DNA of 64,000 nucleotides from Macrostomum lignano (Eukaryota): positions 124,001-188,000 of the forward strand of contig NIVC01000046.1 of the NCBI GenBank assembly GCA_002269645.1. The letters are read 5' to 3'. The position numbers and the translations under genes were made by a program. Positions 63,640 to 64,000 of the stretch are shown here, piece after piece. Position 1 is the first letter of the stretch; each line of letters begins with the position of its first letter. The notes beneath the pieces are model-generated. The model had not been told where the DNA came from. It ran no database searches and was given only the letters and a program-made list of their open reading frames with translations.

Positions 63640-64000
63640 AAAGGAAAGAGGGGGAGAAATAGAGAGGGAGAGAGAGGGAGACAGAGGGGGGAGAGGGAGA
63701 AAGGGAGTGAAGGAGAGAGGGATAGAGGGACAACATAGAAAGGGGAGAGGTAGTCAGGGAGAGTGGGAAAGAGGGGGAGAGGTAGAGAGGGAGAGAGGGG
63801 GGAAGGGAGAGAGGGGCAGCGCGGGAGAGGAGGAGAAGGGGAGAGAGTAAGAGAAGGGGAGAGGTAGAGAGGAAGAGAGAGAGGGGGAGAGGGAGGGGAG
63901 GTAGAAGGGGAGAGAGAGGGAGAGAAGGAGAGGGGAGAGAGGGAGAGAAGGGGAGAGGGGAGAGAGGGAGAGAAGGGGAGAGGGGAGAGAGGGAGAGAAG
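63640..64000. repeat. GA-rich low-complexity tract
   Basis: Direct inspection. Confidence 0.9.

Overview
Eukaryotic (animal) genomic DNA with spliced genes. The style (GC-rich exons with polyQ/polyA, minisatellite-filled introns, WSC-domain gene, a 38-nt intron) suggests a free-living flatworm such as Macrostomum, but this is inference only. I reconstructed five loci by hand, checking splice phase. (1) The 5' half of a PDE8 phosphodiesterase (minus strand, 1-22444; REC and PAS domains; several candidate first exons). (2) A broken secreted WSC-domain gene or pseudogene (~26.1-29.6 kb), apparently split by an inversion with 72-bp inverted duplications. (3) A two-exon Enhancer of polycomb gene (minus, 33831-38281). 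(4) An MBD5/MBD6/Sba-like gene (minus, 42761-48944) whose MBD fold carries a ~47-aa insertion. (5) An RGS22/RGSL1-like gene (plus, from 54525 to beyond the window). Roughly 25-30 different mini/microsatellite arrays sit mostly one per intron and generate nearly all the long ORFs in the supplied track, which are spurious. A tRNA-derived SINE family, hAT-type MITEs and a CORE-like SINE are also present. The most striking unexplained signal is a set of sharply bounded, nearly CpG-free domains in promoter-proximal introns of the two chromatin genes. Transposon copies embedded in these domains show almost exclusively C>T/G>A changes, including non-CpG sites. No prokaryotic systems, CRISPR arrays, rRNA or convincing tRNA genes were seen. 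All counts were done by eye.
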